Positions 10,113-18,912 of a stretch of 64,000 nucleotides of DNA are shown here, piece after piece. Numbering within the stretch: position 1 is the first letter of the stretch; every line of letters begins with the position of its first letter. The DNA lies in IMG/VR virus record IMGVR_UViG_3300022752_000024, positions 78,882-142,881 of that record, one strand, 5' to 3'. The position numbers were made by a program, and so were the translations under genes. The notes beneath the pieces are model-generated. The model made no database searches and was not told the origin of the DNA. It saw only the letters and a list, made by a program, of their open reading frames with translations. The stretch is from a virus.

Positions 10113-11807
10113 ATGATACCATTACTAGGTAATAAATCTAGACCAGAACCATCAGAAGAATTAACAAACAATGCAGGCGGATTGATGAGTAAATTCAATC
10201 CGTCTAATTTGGTTCGAGGTTTGGTTGGAGGTAAACGATCAGGTTCTTCTATGGGTGATATGATTGGAACAGATAGACAGAAATTAAAATCTGCCGTAAG
10301 TCCAAAAAACAAAGATCCAGAACTAACAACGGTTGGAGCATCCGATATCTCTCCTGTTCGTAAAGGTGATTCTGTTGCAAACGTGGCTGCAAAAGTATAT
10401 AACCTAATTAACGGAAAATATGATGAAAGAAAAAAAGAAATTAAACTCGAAAATAAGCTGACACAAGAGTTAGCAATAAAAAAAGAAAAAAGACATACGG
10501 AACTTTTGAGAGCATTGAGCGAGAGACCTAAGCAAAAAGTAACTGAGGTAAAGGTACCCAAAAAAGAAGAACCCAAACCAACTCCTCAAGCAGCACCTAA
10601 ACCTAGTGCTCCTCAAGCGGCTGCTCCTAAGCCAACAACACCACAAGCTGCTGCTCCTAAACCAGCATCACAGGCAGCAGCCCCAAAACCTGGTGCTCCT
10701 CAAGCGGCTGCTCCAAAACCTACTACACCACAAGCACCTCAGGCAGCAGCACCTAAACCAACAACACCACAAGCGGCCGCTCCTAAACCAACAACACCAC
10801 AAGCACCACAAGCGGCTGCTCCAAAACCTGCGGCACCTACGGCTGCACCTGCTGCTCCAGCAGTTCCTTCGGCTGCTCCTATTACACAGGCAGCACCTGC
10901 GGTATCTACCGCAACTCAAGTAGCCGTAGGTACAGCATTAGTAGCAGCATCGTCATATTCTTTTGCGGCAGGACCTCTTGCTGAAAATATTGTTGCTCAT
11001 GAAAGTAAAGTTTCTTCTCCATTGCGTAGAGATGGAAAAAAAATTACAACTAAATGGAAAAATGATAGCGAATATAATGCATATAATAAAGGAACTAAAA
11101 TTGCTGCCGATTTTGATGAAAAAGGAGAATCTGTAATTGATTTCTCTAAGATGACAATAGAAGAATATTTGCAGAGAGGTTCTATTAAAGATCCTAAAAA
11201 TCCTAAAAAGATATTTGCTATGGGTAGATATCAAATCATTCCAGACACAATGAAATTTTTGGTTAAGAATTTAAATATAGATCCAAAAACAACATATCTG
11301 ACAAAAGAAACTCAAGATTATCTTTTCATGGCTGGAATCATAGGAACAAAAAGAAAAAAAGTAAAAGCGTATATTGATGGAGATGCAAAAGTAACTAGAG
11401 ATGAAGCCATATTGGAATTATCACAAGAATTTGCCTCAATTGGTGTACCATATGATACGAAATATAAAGGAAAAGTAATAAAAAAAGGACAATCGTATTA
11501 TGGTCAAAACACAAAATCTGGTTTTGCTTTAAATCCTCCAGAAGAAGTTGGTAAAGCTTTAGATGCCGAAAGAGAAAGACAAACGAAACTAAAACAAAAA
11601 TCAACACCATCGAATGTGCCAGGTCAAGGAAAAAAATTAGGTGAAGCATCAACAGAAAATGCAGATTTAAAGAAAACAGCATCATCAGGACAATCCACAA
11701 TAATCATGAATAATAACACTACAGTAGCAGCAATGTCACCAACAAATCAAACTATGGTAGCACCAAAATCTGATGCATCGAAATTCGTACAAGGAGTTGG
11801 AGCATAA
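10113..11807 (+). CDS. Tape-measure/hub-like virion protein with Pro/Ala linker and lysozyme-like domain
   Basis: Follows gp26/gp51; coiled N-terminus; IVAHES..YNAYN..MTIEE..AMGRYQIIPDT..TQDYL..LSQEFASI resembles lysozyme-like muramidases. Confidence 0.6.
   Translation: MIPLLGNKSRPEPSEELTNNAGGLMSKFNPSNLVRGLVGGKRSGSSMGDMIGTDRQKLKSAVSPKNKDPELTTVGASDISPVRKGDSVANVAAKVYNLINGKYDERKKEIKLENKLTQELAIKKEKRHTELLRALSERPKQKVTEVKVPKKEEPKPTPQAAPKPSAPQAAAPKPTTPQAAAPKPASQAAAPKPGAPQAAAPKPTTPQAPQAAAPKPTTPQAAAPKPTTPQAPQAAAPKPAAPTAAPAAPAVPSAAPITQAAPAVSTATQVAVGTALVAASSYSFAAGPLAENIVAHESKVSSPLRRDGKKITTKWKNDSEYNAYNKGTKIAADFDEKGESVIDFSKMTIEEYLQRGSIKDPKNPKKIFAMGRYQIIPDTMKFLVKNLNIDPKTTYLTKETQDYLFMAGIIGTKRKKVKAYIDGDAKVTRDEAILELSQEFASIGVPYDTKYKGKVIKKGQSYYGQNTKSGFALNPPEEVGKALDAERERQTKLKQKSTPSNVPGQGKKLGEASTENADLKKTASSGQSTIIMNNNTTVAAMSPTNQTMVAPKSDASKFVQGVGA
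10584..10829 (+). repeat. Intragenic tandem repeat encoding 8 (P)QAA(A)PKP units
   Basis: Visible in DNA and protein, with synonymous variation between units. Confidence 0.9.
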
Positions 11808-13339
11808 TGGAAAAGGCATATCAATATCAACAAGCAAGAAGAATTGGAAAAATATCCATTTCAGACCTTATTGCTAAAAATATTATTGAAGGTGAAAGTA
11901 TTCCTGGTGCTATAGGAAAATCAATCTCACAAAAATTCAGGGCAAGAGCAACTAGATTTAAAGAGAAATTTGATCTTTTAAACATTGCAAGTATGCTTGT
12001 GGGTAGAAGCAGATTAGGTACTGCTATTCTTGGTAAATTGATGGGTCGTAGTGGTGAAGATATTGCATACTTTGCTAAAAAAGGAAGCAGAGCTGGTGGC
12101 GCAAAAAATCCATTTTATACAAGAATTGGTGCTGGTTCAAGAGAGCCAGTAAAACGAAACGATAATGTAGCGGATGTATTTGCTAAAGTATACAACTTGA
12201 TGGAGCGAACGTATGAGCAAGAAAAACGTTTAAAGGAAATACAAAGTAATTTTAAAGAAGAACAAGACATAGAAGATGAAAGACGCCATGAAGAATTACT
12301 AGAAGCAATCACTGGTAAAAAATCTACTAAGCCTAAGGCGACAAAAATAAAAGAAAAGAAAGAAGAAGGCGGTGGTATTTTTGATACGATCAAGAAGATG
12401 TTTGCTGATCTAGTATCATCTTTGAGTCCATTCATTAATTTAGCTAAAACAATTATGACTGCTTTTGGTAATGGATTTTTGAGTGTGATTGCAAGACTTG
12501 GAGCATTCTTATTAAGTCCTGTTGGTATTGCCATACTAGGACTATTGACTGTTGCTGCACTAGGAAAATATATTTTCGATCTTTGGTTACAAAGAGATGA
12601 AGCTCAAACACAAAAAGCTTTAGCTAGTGGATATGGAGGTGAAGCAGAATATGAATCAATGAAAGAAAGTCAAGAAAAAGAAGCAGAAAGAGCAAAGATA
12701 ATTAAAAAATTCAATAAGGATAAGAAAGGTGATATCACCAATGCTACCTTACCTGAACTGAATGCCTTGCGTGATGATATTCTGCAATATGGTAATCCTA
12801 GATTTCTATTAAAGAGTAATCCTACACCATTAATCAAGGAGACGTCAAAAAAACTTGATTCTATTGAAGCAGAAATTAAAAAGAGAAAAGAAAGTCAGTC
12901 AACTACTACACCTATACCTTCAGTAGCATCACCTGCTGCAATGAGTGAGAAGACTGCTGCACCTATACCTTCAGTAGCAACTCCTGCTGCTATGAGTAAC
13001 CAAACTACTATGTCATCAAGTGCAGAGCCACAATCTAAACCATTACCTGCAGGTGTCAATCTTCAAGATAATGAAAGCAGACCATCTAAACCTATTCCTG
13101 TTTCAACTGTGCCTTCTATTCCACCAGTAGAAAATATAATGAAGCAGAATTTTGAATTAAATCTTCAAGAGAATACTGGCGGTATGGCTGGTGCACCTAT
13201 AGTTATCAATAAAAATAATGTTGGTGGTTTAAATGTTGGAAATGGTGATACCGGAACTATAACTGGTGCTGCATCTGTTCGTGATTCTCCATTAGGTGAC
13301 TTGATTGGTAGATTGCAGAAAAGAGCCTCTGTAATGTAA
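11807..13339 (+). CDS. Tape-measure-like virion protein, paralog of the upstream gene
   Basis: Shares the block PVKRNDNVADVFAKVYNLM..ERRHEELLEAI with 10113..11807; central hydrophobic helix; low-complexity C-terminus. Confidence 0.55.
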   Translation: MEKAYQYQQARRIGKISISDLIAKNIIEGESIPGAIGKSISQKFRARATRFKEKFDLLNIASMLVGRSRLGTAILGKLMGRSGEDIAYFAKKGSRAGGAKNPFYTRIGAGSREPVKRNDNVADVFAKVYNLMERTYEQEKRLKEIQSNFKEEQDIEDERRHEELLEAITGKKSTKPKATKIKEKKEEGGGIFDTIKKMFADLVSSLSPFINLAKTIMTAFGNGFLSVIARLGAFLLSPVGIAILGLLTVAALGKYIFDLWLQRDEAQTQKALASGYGGEAEYESMKESQEKEAERAKIIKKFNKDKKGDITNATLPELNALRDDILQYGNPRFLLKSNPTPLIKETSKKLDSIEAEIKKRKESQSTTTPIPSVASPAAMSEKTAAPIPSVATPAAMSNQTTMSSSAEPQSKPLPAGVNLQDNESRPSKPIPVSTVPSIPPVENIMKQNFELNLQENTGGMAGAPIVINKNNVGGLNVGNGDTGTITGAASVRDSPLGDLIGRLQKRASVM

Positions 13340-13360
13340 AAACCCCGCACAAGGCGGGGC
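13338..13360. terminator. Intrinsic terminator between convergent structural and gp32 transcripts
   Basis: AAAAA-CCCCGC-acaag-GCGGGG hairpin; U-tract on the minus strand. Confidence 0.75.
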
Positions 13361-13383
13361 TAAACAAGACCGTCTAGTCTGTT

Positions 13384-14271
13384 TTAATCTTCTGCTGCAA
13401 GTTTGGCAAAGTAATCCATGTCATCATCTTCTGACTCCTCTAAGCTAGGTGCTGCTTTAGGTGCCACTTTCTTGATAACTGGTTCTGCATCTTCAACAGT
13501 TGTTTGTGGGAAAGAACTACCACCGTCTAGACCTAGAACTTTATCTAAACGTGCTTTCACTTGTTCATATGATTTGAACTTACTTGGGTCAATGATCTCT
13601 TTAAGAGAGTATTCAGACTTCCATACTTTCTCAAGTGTATCATCATCGTCAAGTAAAGCGGCAGGTGAATCAAATTCACATTTGTCGTAGTTTTGATAAC
13701 CATCGACTTTACGAATCTTCAGTTTGAAGTTTGCACCTTTCCACAAATCAAAAGGATTCATAGGCTTCTCATCTTCAAATTCTGGATTCATAGCACCATT
13801 GATTTTATCAAAAATGATTTTACCATATTTGAACAAAAAGACTTTACCATTGTTCTCTGGACGCTTAGGGTCTTCAACAACATAGATATTTGAAATATAC
13901 GATAACTTACGCTTCTGATCACGGGCAATCTTTTTGTTTGCTTCTATGCCTGAGTTCCATAGGTTTGTGTTGTGTTCACAAACTGGACACTTGTCATTGT
14001 TTGTAGTACGACAATCATCGATCAGCCAACCACCAGGACCTTGAAAGCCATGACGGAATACTTTGACCCAAGGTAAACCTTCATCGCCATCGGCAGGTGG
14101 CTCAGGTAGAAAACGAATAACAGCATAACCATTACCAGACTTATCTAGTTCTGGTTTCCAGTAATTGTCATCGGATGAATTTGATTCAGAATTTTGATTG
14201 AGTGATTCAATCGCTTTGGAAAGTTTGTCTAGGTTAGACGAACTCTTTTTCAATTTAGAAAAATCTGCCAT
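13384..14271 (-). CDS. 32: Single-stranded DNA binding protein gp32
   Basis: WKPELDKSGNGYAVIRFLP, HGFQGPGGW, CPVC, acidic tail DDDMDYFAKLAAED; start moved to MADFSKL after an AAGGAG RBS. Confidence 0.96.
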   Translation of the reverse strand: MADFSKLKKSSSNLDKLSKAIESLNQNSESNSSDDNYWKPELDKSGNGYAVIRFLPEPPADGDEGLPWVKVFRHGFQGPGGWLIDDCRTTNNDKCPVCEHNTNLWNSGIEANKKIARDQKRKLSYISNIYVVEDPKRPENNGKVFLFKYGKIIFDKINGAMNPEFEDEKPMNPFDLWKGANFKLKIRKVDGYQNYDKCEFDSPAALLDDDDTLEKVWKSEYSLKEIIDPSKFKSYEQVKARLDKVLGLDGGSSFPQTTVEDAEPVIKKVAPKAAPSLEESEDDDMDYFAKLAAED

Positions 14272-14389
14272 AGTAATCTCCTTATTAAACGGCGTATAAA
14301 CGGAATATAATCGACTTGTCCACAATGTATCTCATAATATTAAACTATTTAGTCTCAAATTGCAAGCACTATTTTACATATTTTTACTG

Positions 14390-15019
14390 CTAGGTAATGT
14401 ATGCCGAACTAGCATACAATTCTTTTAATTTTGCTTTGTACTTCATTTTATCATAAACAAGAAATGGAGTATACTTTTCTATCTTTTTTTGCCAAGTAGG
14501 CCAGATAATATCATCGTCAATCTTTTTTTTCCACATTGGTAAGAAGTTCATAATATCATTGAGTATTACCATAGTCTCTATGCATATTTTACTTGATGCC
14601 AATTCAGAAAGCAATATTGGAAACATACCTTGTCTTGGTTTAATAAGTTCTTCAGGATTATAATTATCCAACAAATAGGATACTTGATTTTCAAAAAGAT
14701 AGAACAATGACTGGTTACGTTTTTGCCATGTGCGGTATATTTCTTCTGCTTCTTCAGTAAGTAATTCTCCTACCCACTTAGAATCATTTACTAAAAAGTT
14801 TGCAACAAAAAAACTTCTACATTCTTCTAAGGAATATTTTCTAGATAATTTGTAGAATGAGTATTTGTTTTTATTGGTAAGAAAAGATTCTTTGGAAGTA
14901 TTAGTCTTACCGTTGTACTTAAAGTAATCATAGCTGTTGCTAATAAAATGCAACCTCAATGATTGATACATCATATAAACGGCTAGTCCTCCATTTTCAC
15001 TCATAGGGGTAGTCTGCAA
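14390..15019 (-). CDS. 59: Helicase loader gp59
   Basis: YQSLRLHF..YDYFKYNGK..FYKLSRKY..FFVANF; adjacent to gp32. Confidence 0.85.
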   Translation of the reverse strand: MQTTPMSENGGLAVYMMYQSLRLHFISNSYDYFKYNGKTNTSKESFLTNKNKYSFYKLSRKYSLEECRSFFVANFLVNDSKWVGELLTEEAEEIYRTWQKRNQSLFYLFENQVSYLLDNYNPEELIKPRQGMFPILLSELASSKICIETMVILNDIMNFLPMWKKKIDDDIIWPTWQKKIEKYTPFLVYDKMKYKAKLKELYASSAYIT

Positions 15020-15222
15020 GTTTTCTTTATTTGATTATTGCTTTCTGCTTGTTCACGAATCTTTGATTTTAAGTTGGGTGAGATTAAAGTTGAAGCGACT
15101 TCGATTTCTAAACCTGTTTGTGAACAATGGTGCAGAATAGCATCGATATAATCAGAACTTAGCCGACTTGATAGTTCCTCAATCAACAGACTGAAATCTT
15201 TTATTTCCTCTTTCGTTGCCAT
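15001..15222 (-). CDS. 33: Late promoter transcription co-activator gp33
   Basis: FSLLIEE..YIDAILHHC..LEIE..LISPNLKSKI..EA..RLPL; gp33-59-32 order. Confidence 0.85.
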   Translation of the reverse strand: MATKEEIKDFSLLIEELSSRLSSDYIDAILHHCSQTGLEIEVASTLISPNLKSKIREQAESNNQIKKTCRLPL

Positions 15223-15370
15223 ATTCTTTTAGTGTCCTTATTAATTCATCAATATCTTCATCATGCATAAAAATGGTAGAAGAAAATCTAAGACCATCTT
15301 CTCTTTCATCATCAATCTTAGTTAACAAAAACTGTTTACTGCCATATGGTGATATTTTAAATCTTATCAT
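15179..15370 (-). CDS. Hypothetical protein
   Basis: Coupled ORF between the SleB-like gene and gp33. Confidence 0.55.
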   Translation of the reverse strand: MIRFKISPYGSKQFLLTKIDDEREDGLRFSSTIFMHDEDIDELIRTLKEYGNERGNKRFQSVD

Positions 15371-15897
15371 GTGTTTGTATAAAATATGTGATTACCAATT
15401 TGCATTACAACATGCTTTTTATTCCAACCAGGACTAACATACTTTGCATGGTAAAACATTGCTTGAGTTCTAGCTAGTTTAACATGAGCGATAGGTTGTG
15501 TCAATGCTTTCATTGCAATATATTTGGATTCTTCCCAAAGATAGGCATTCTTTGCCGCAGGAACAGTCGTACATGTCCAACTAAACTGACAGACACTTTT
15601 GCCATTATAATTAGTTTTTTGATATACCACACCACATATGTTTACTGGATATTTACCTGAATTAGTTCGATTGATTGTCACCTGTGCTACTGCAAGCTTT
15701 CCTTCAAAAGATTCAGATCCTGCTTCATAGTAAATATTCTTAGCTAAACATTCCATTTCTTTGCTCATGTGTACTTGAATATCAGTATTGATATCTTGTC
15801 TCACTTGATATGGAAACGAATAGATAAGAATTACAGTAAAAAATAATATAGTAGCTATAAGCAGGTTGACACTTGTGAATATTTTATTTTTAAGCAT
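15367..15897 (-). CDS. Cell wall hydrolase, SleB/Hydrolase_2 family
   Basis: N-terminal TM; CLAKNIYYEAGSE..GKLAVAQVTINR..ICGVVYQ..CQFSW..IGNHIFY. Confidence 0.9.
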   Translation of the reverse strand: MLKNKIFTSVNLLIATILFFTVILIYSFPYQVRQDINTDIQVHMSKEMECLAKNIYYEAGSESFEGKLAVAQVTINRTNSGKYPVNICGVVYQKTNYNGKSVCQFSWTCTTVPAAKNAYLWEESKYIAMKALTQPIAHVKLARTQAMFYHAKYVSPGWNKKHVVMQIGNHIFYTNT

Positions 15898-15918
15898 TAC
15901 TTCTCCTTAATAGTTAGG

Positions 15919-15936
15919 GAGAGACCGAAGTCTCTC
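15919..15936 (-). promoter_or_regulatory. C(UUCG)G tetraloop hairpin in the leader of the SleB-like gene
   Basis: GAGAGAC-TTCG-GTCTCTC on the minus strand just upstream of an AAGGAG RBS. Confidence 0.65.
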
Positions 15937-16076
15937 TTGTCCCAATCAGGTAGACTTTTTGCTAGTAGTCTTTTCTGGTATGATATTTGAAACGAATCCG
16001 TTTAAGGATTGTGTTGTGTGTAAAAAGTGTGGTAGTGAGTTTATTTCTCAGGTACTCACTCGACCTGTGATATTAT

Positions 16077-16151
16077 TTAGCGATTTGCAATATACATGGA
16101 AATTTCAAAACCAAAACGCATATCTTGTGCTGAAGGTGTAGTCCATTTCAT
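16077..16151 (-). CDS. pqqA: Pyrroloquinoline quinone precursor peptide PqqA
   Basis: 24 aa MKWTTPSAQDMRFGFEISMYIANR with the invariant E-x-x-x-Y core; AAGGAG RBS 6 nt upstream; missed by ORF track. Confidence 0.95.
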   Translation of the reverse strand: MKWTTPSAQDMRFGFEISMYIANR

Positions 16152-16242
16152 ATCATTCTCCTTGATTTGTCATAGCAAAATACTACGACTATAATTATAT
16201 ATGCATAGTGTAACACGAATGTAATAATTAAAACCATTAAAA

Positions 16243-16555
16243 TGCAAGGTGATTGGGTAATAAGGACACCTTGCGAAACCCCAAGAGAATTAAGCCGCTA
16301 GGCGTTCATCTCCAAAATATGCATCGTTTGCATTTACTTGTTTTGCTCGGATTACGTCCGTCGCCTTTCGTGTTGCCTTCTCTATTATCTCACCCTGTCG
16401 AAACCAGGTCATCCCCATCAGAAGTACACAATCCCCGCTAGAGCCCTAAGAGGTTTCTTTCATCTAGGACAACTATGCACTTCTGGTGGAGATGGAGGGA
16501 ATCGAACCCTCGTCCAGAATGCCTTCACTTTGAAGGAATTACAACAATTCTAATT
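16243..16555 (-). ncRNA. ssrA: Two-piece (circularly permuted) tmRNA
   Basis: Acceptor piece ends GGTTCGATTCCCTCCATCTCCACCA (CCA end at 16484); then a spacer; then coding piece starting GGGGATGACCTGGTTTCGAC (16416). Acceptor stem GGGGAUG/CAUCUCC with G3:U. Tag ANDAYFGDERLAA* at 16331-16290. Outer ends approximate. Confidence 0.92.
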
Positions 16556-16682
16556 CTTGTATTTTATTTATTCATTGTAGCTATACAATAACCAAATACA
16601 AATGGATATCAAACAACCAATAGCTAACCCGATACAGAATCCAGTTATGTATTGTATCATTCTTTATTGATTATGTCAATGC

Positions 16683-17348
16683 TTATTTCGGTGTATTTTG
16701 GCGATAATACGTAATTACATCAATTAAACCATCAATATGATCTTTGACTTTTTCTTTGAAGATTATTGGAGCAGAATCTTTTACTGCCATAATGATAACC
16801 AGATTATCAATTGGAGTACCAATTAATTCTTCATACATCGAAGCATAAGCAGTAGTTTGCCAAAAATAGTCTAAAACATCTTCTTTTCTTTTTACTTTAC
16901 TAGATGTTTTAAAGTCTATTACAGAAAGTTCACCTTCATACTCTGCTATACAGTCAACACGACCTGCCATACCTAAAGTCTTAGACCACAATGCTTGTTC
17001 TTGATAATGAATGTTATCTATGTTGTCTAAGAAAGGTTTAATAGAGAGAAAATACTCAACAGCATCAGGCATGATGCCTCTCATATAATATGGTTCATTG
17101 TTGAGATAATTCTCACAGATAGTATGAACATTGGTACCTCTAGATGTAGCTTGTTTGGAGATTTTATTGGCTTCTTCTTCGCCAACTCTTGCTCTCCACT
17201 CCATGATAGCTTTTTTCTTTTTGGCTCCTACTACAGTGGTTACTGATGGCAACTTAGTACCATCAGGTAACTTGTAATATCTTTTCCCATCAGGAAAAGT
17301 TTCTGATTTTAAATCTTCTAGTTGTTTTGGTGGGCAATATGTAAACAT
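16683..17348 (-). CDS. PD-(D/E)xK exonuclease (conserved T4-like)
   Basis: LPSVTTV, RGTNVH, AGRVDCIAEYEGELSVIDFKTS, QTTAYA. Confidence 0.88.
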   Translation of the reverse strand: MFTYCPPKQLEDLKSETFPDGKRYYKLPDGTKLPSVTTVVGAKKKKAIMEWRARVGEEEANKISKQATSRGTNVHTICENYLNNEPYYMRGIMPDAVEYFLSIKPFLDNIDNIHYQEQALWSKTLGMAGRVDCIAEYEGELSVIDFKTSSKVKRKEDVLDYFWQTTAYASMYEELIGTPIDNLVIIMAVKDSAPIIFKEKVKDHIDGLIDVITYYRQNTPK

Positions 17349-17367
17349 AATATAATAGATTTTTTAG

Positions 17368-17775
17368 TTAATTACTAGCTCGTAATACTCTAAGTTCAGC
17401 CGCTGTATTGCAGGTTTCAACAAGTTTAGTAATATCTCGCAATCTTTGTTTTTCAGCTACAATTGCGGATGTGTCTGCATTTGTCTCTAATGCACGTTGA
17501 AATAATATATCTTGAGCAGCTAAAAGAGGTTGCCTTTCATTACGCAAACGATCTATAGTGATTGCTTTAGCTTTAGTAATATTTACCGACACGACACCAT
17601 TATTTAATTCCCACGCACCAAAGAAATCATCATCAGCGTTAGGCAATGTGTTAGCATCAACAATAATAGAATGTTCTGGTGTATGTTTGGCTTTAACATC
17701 CTCAATGTTCATTTCGTTTGTTGGAACACACACTGATACGTTGCCATCTTCATTCGTGTATATAATTACGTTCAT
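17368..17775 (-). CDS. Tail-fibre assembly chaperone-like protein
   Basis: LP..DDFFGAW..LRNERQPLL..D..EKQRLRDIT pattern; follows a fibre-tip gene. Confidence 0.6.
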   Translation of the reverse strand: MNVIIYTNEDGNVSVCVPTNEMNIEDVKAKHTPEHSIIVDANTLPNADDDFFGAWELNNGVVSVNITKAKAITIDRLRNERQPLLAAQDILFQRALETNADTSAIVAEKQRLRDITKLVETCNTAAELRVLRASN

Positions 17776-17784
17776 TTTGACTCC

Positions 17785-18165
17785 TTAAACTGTTTTCATA
17801 ATAGCCACACTAGTGAAGGCACCAGAATTAACTCGGGCGTCGCTGGCGTTACTAAATTGGACTTGTACAGATGTAGAGGTTTGTGATAACACATGAGCAA
17901 ACATTTCGCCATCTGGATTAGTGCTATACCCAATTGCAGAAACGGCATAAGCATCAGTACCAAGATCAGGAAAAGACACGGTATATTTACCTGCTGCACC
18001 ATTATAGGTTACCCCACTTACATTATCAGACCCGTTTATCGTTGGCGTGGTTGACCCGTTAAAACTAACCCACGCTACAATTGATGATGTAACTGGTTTA
18101 GGAGCAGTATTTTGTGTAGTATTATCGTTGAATATTAAATGTGTTCCATTTGCAGAAATTGTCAT
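17785..18165 (-). CDS. Short tail-fibre C-terminal-like protein
   Basis: FNDNTTQNTA then AWVSFNG..INGSDNVSGVT..GKYTVSF, a common phage fibre-tip domain. Confidence 0.6.
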   Translation of the reverse strand: MTISANGTHLIFNDNTTQNTAPKPVTSSIVAWVSFNGSTTPTINGSDNVSGVTYNGAAGKYTVSFPDLGTDAYAVSAIGYSTNPDGEMFAHVLSQTSTSVQVQFSNASDARVNSGAFTSVAIMKTV

Positions 18166-18192
18166 TTTTATACCTCGTTATTTCGAATCATA

Positions 18193-18200
18193 TATTTATA
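18193..18200 (-). promoter_or_regulatory. T4-type late promoter TATAAATA
   Basis: Exact match 27 nt upstream of the mini-fibre gene. Confidence 0.75.
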
Positions 18201-18912
18201 AACCTAATTTTTCTTTTTGTGTAATATATTCTTTCACAAAACCGCTTCGAACAATGTCATCAGTACAAAACTTAATGTGTCCTACATTTTTAATATTTTC
18301 TAGAATTCTCACCGCATCATGCAATCCAGACTTCTCTTTCTTACTATTTAGATCGTTTTGATTATAATCTCCACATAATATGAACCTACAATTCTCACCT
18401 ACACGAGTTAATACCGTATCGATTTCGTGGAAAGTAGCTGACTGAAATTCATCAAACACAATAATACAGTTTCTAAATGTCAATCCACGAAGAAAGCTAG
18501 TAGTTTGAAACTCTATGATTTCCTTATTTACTAAGAAATGCCAAGCATCGCCTCGACCAATTAGTTCATTAACGATATTCATGTAAGGTTCTTGATATAT
18601 CTTAGCCTTTTCTTCAAGTGTTCCTGGTACAAAACCTAAATCTCTAGAAGGTACTGCCGAACGGATAATAATTATTCTATTATAATAAGAACTTTCATCA
18701 AGGAGTTCACTCAATCCTAAATACATCGCAAGAAACGATTTACCTGATCCTGCTGATCCAGATAATACAAGATTGTTACCTTCATCATATGCTAAAAAAG
18801 CTTTTTCTTGGTTCTCTGTTAGCGGTTTAATTTTCTTCAGAGTGAAATGTTGTGATTTGGCTTCTGCTGAGGCTGTTCTTTTTTTTGTTGCCAATTGTTT
18901 CTCCTTTACCAT
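18196..18912 (-). CDS. phoH: PhoH-like ATPase
   Basis: PLTENQ, GSAGSGKS Walker A, LGFVPG, TSFLRGLTF, DEFQ, TRVGENC, GDYNQND, DIVRSG. Confidence 0.95.
   Translation of the reverse strand: MVKEKQLATKKRTASAEAKSQHFTLKKIKPLTENQEKAFLAYDEGNNLVLSGSAGSGKSFLAMYLGLSELLDESSYYNRIIIIRSAVPSRDLGFVPGTLEEKAKIYQEPYMNIVNELIGRGDAWHFLVNKEIIEFQTTSFLRGLTFRNCIIVFDEFQSATFHEIDTVLTRVGENCRFILCGDYNQNDLNSKKEKSGLHDAVRILENIKNVGHIKFCTDDIVRSGFVKEYITQKEKLGL

Noticed and set aside
10052-10923. Alternative-frame ORFs with Cys/Arg or Leu/Gln/His repeats
   Set aside because: By-products of the PQAAAPKP repeat in the real gene
16484-16515. Apparent tRNA 3' half (T-arm plus CCA)
   Set aside because: No contiguous D or anticodon arm; it pairs with the downstream GGGGATG segment as part of the permuted tmRNA
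15959-16553. Plus-strand ORFs 15959..16141, 16253..16441 and 16338..16553
   Set aside because: Antisense shadows of pqqA and the tmRNA
16683-17348. Exonuclease as Cas4
   Set aside because: Lacks the Fe-S cysteine cluster; it is the common T4-like PD-(D/E)xK exonuclease
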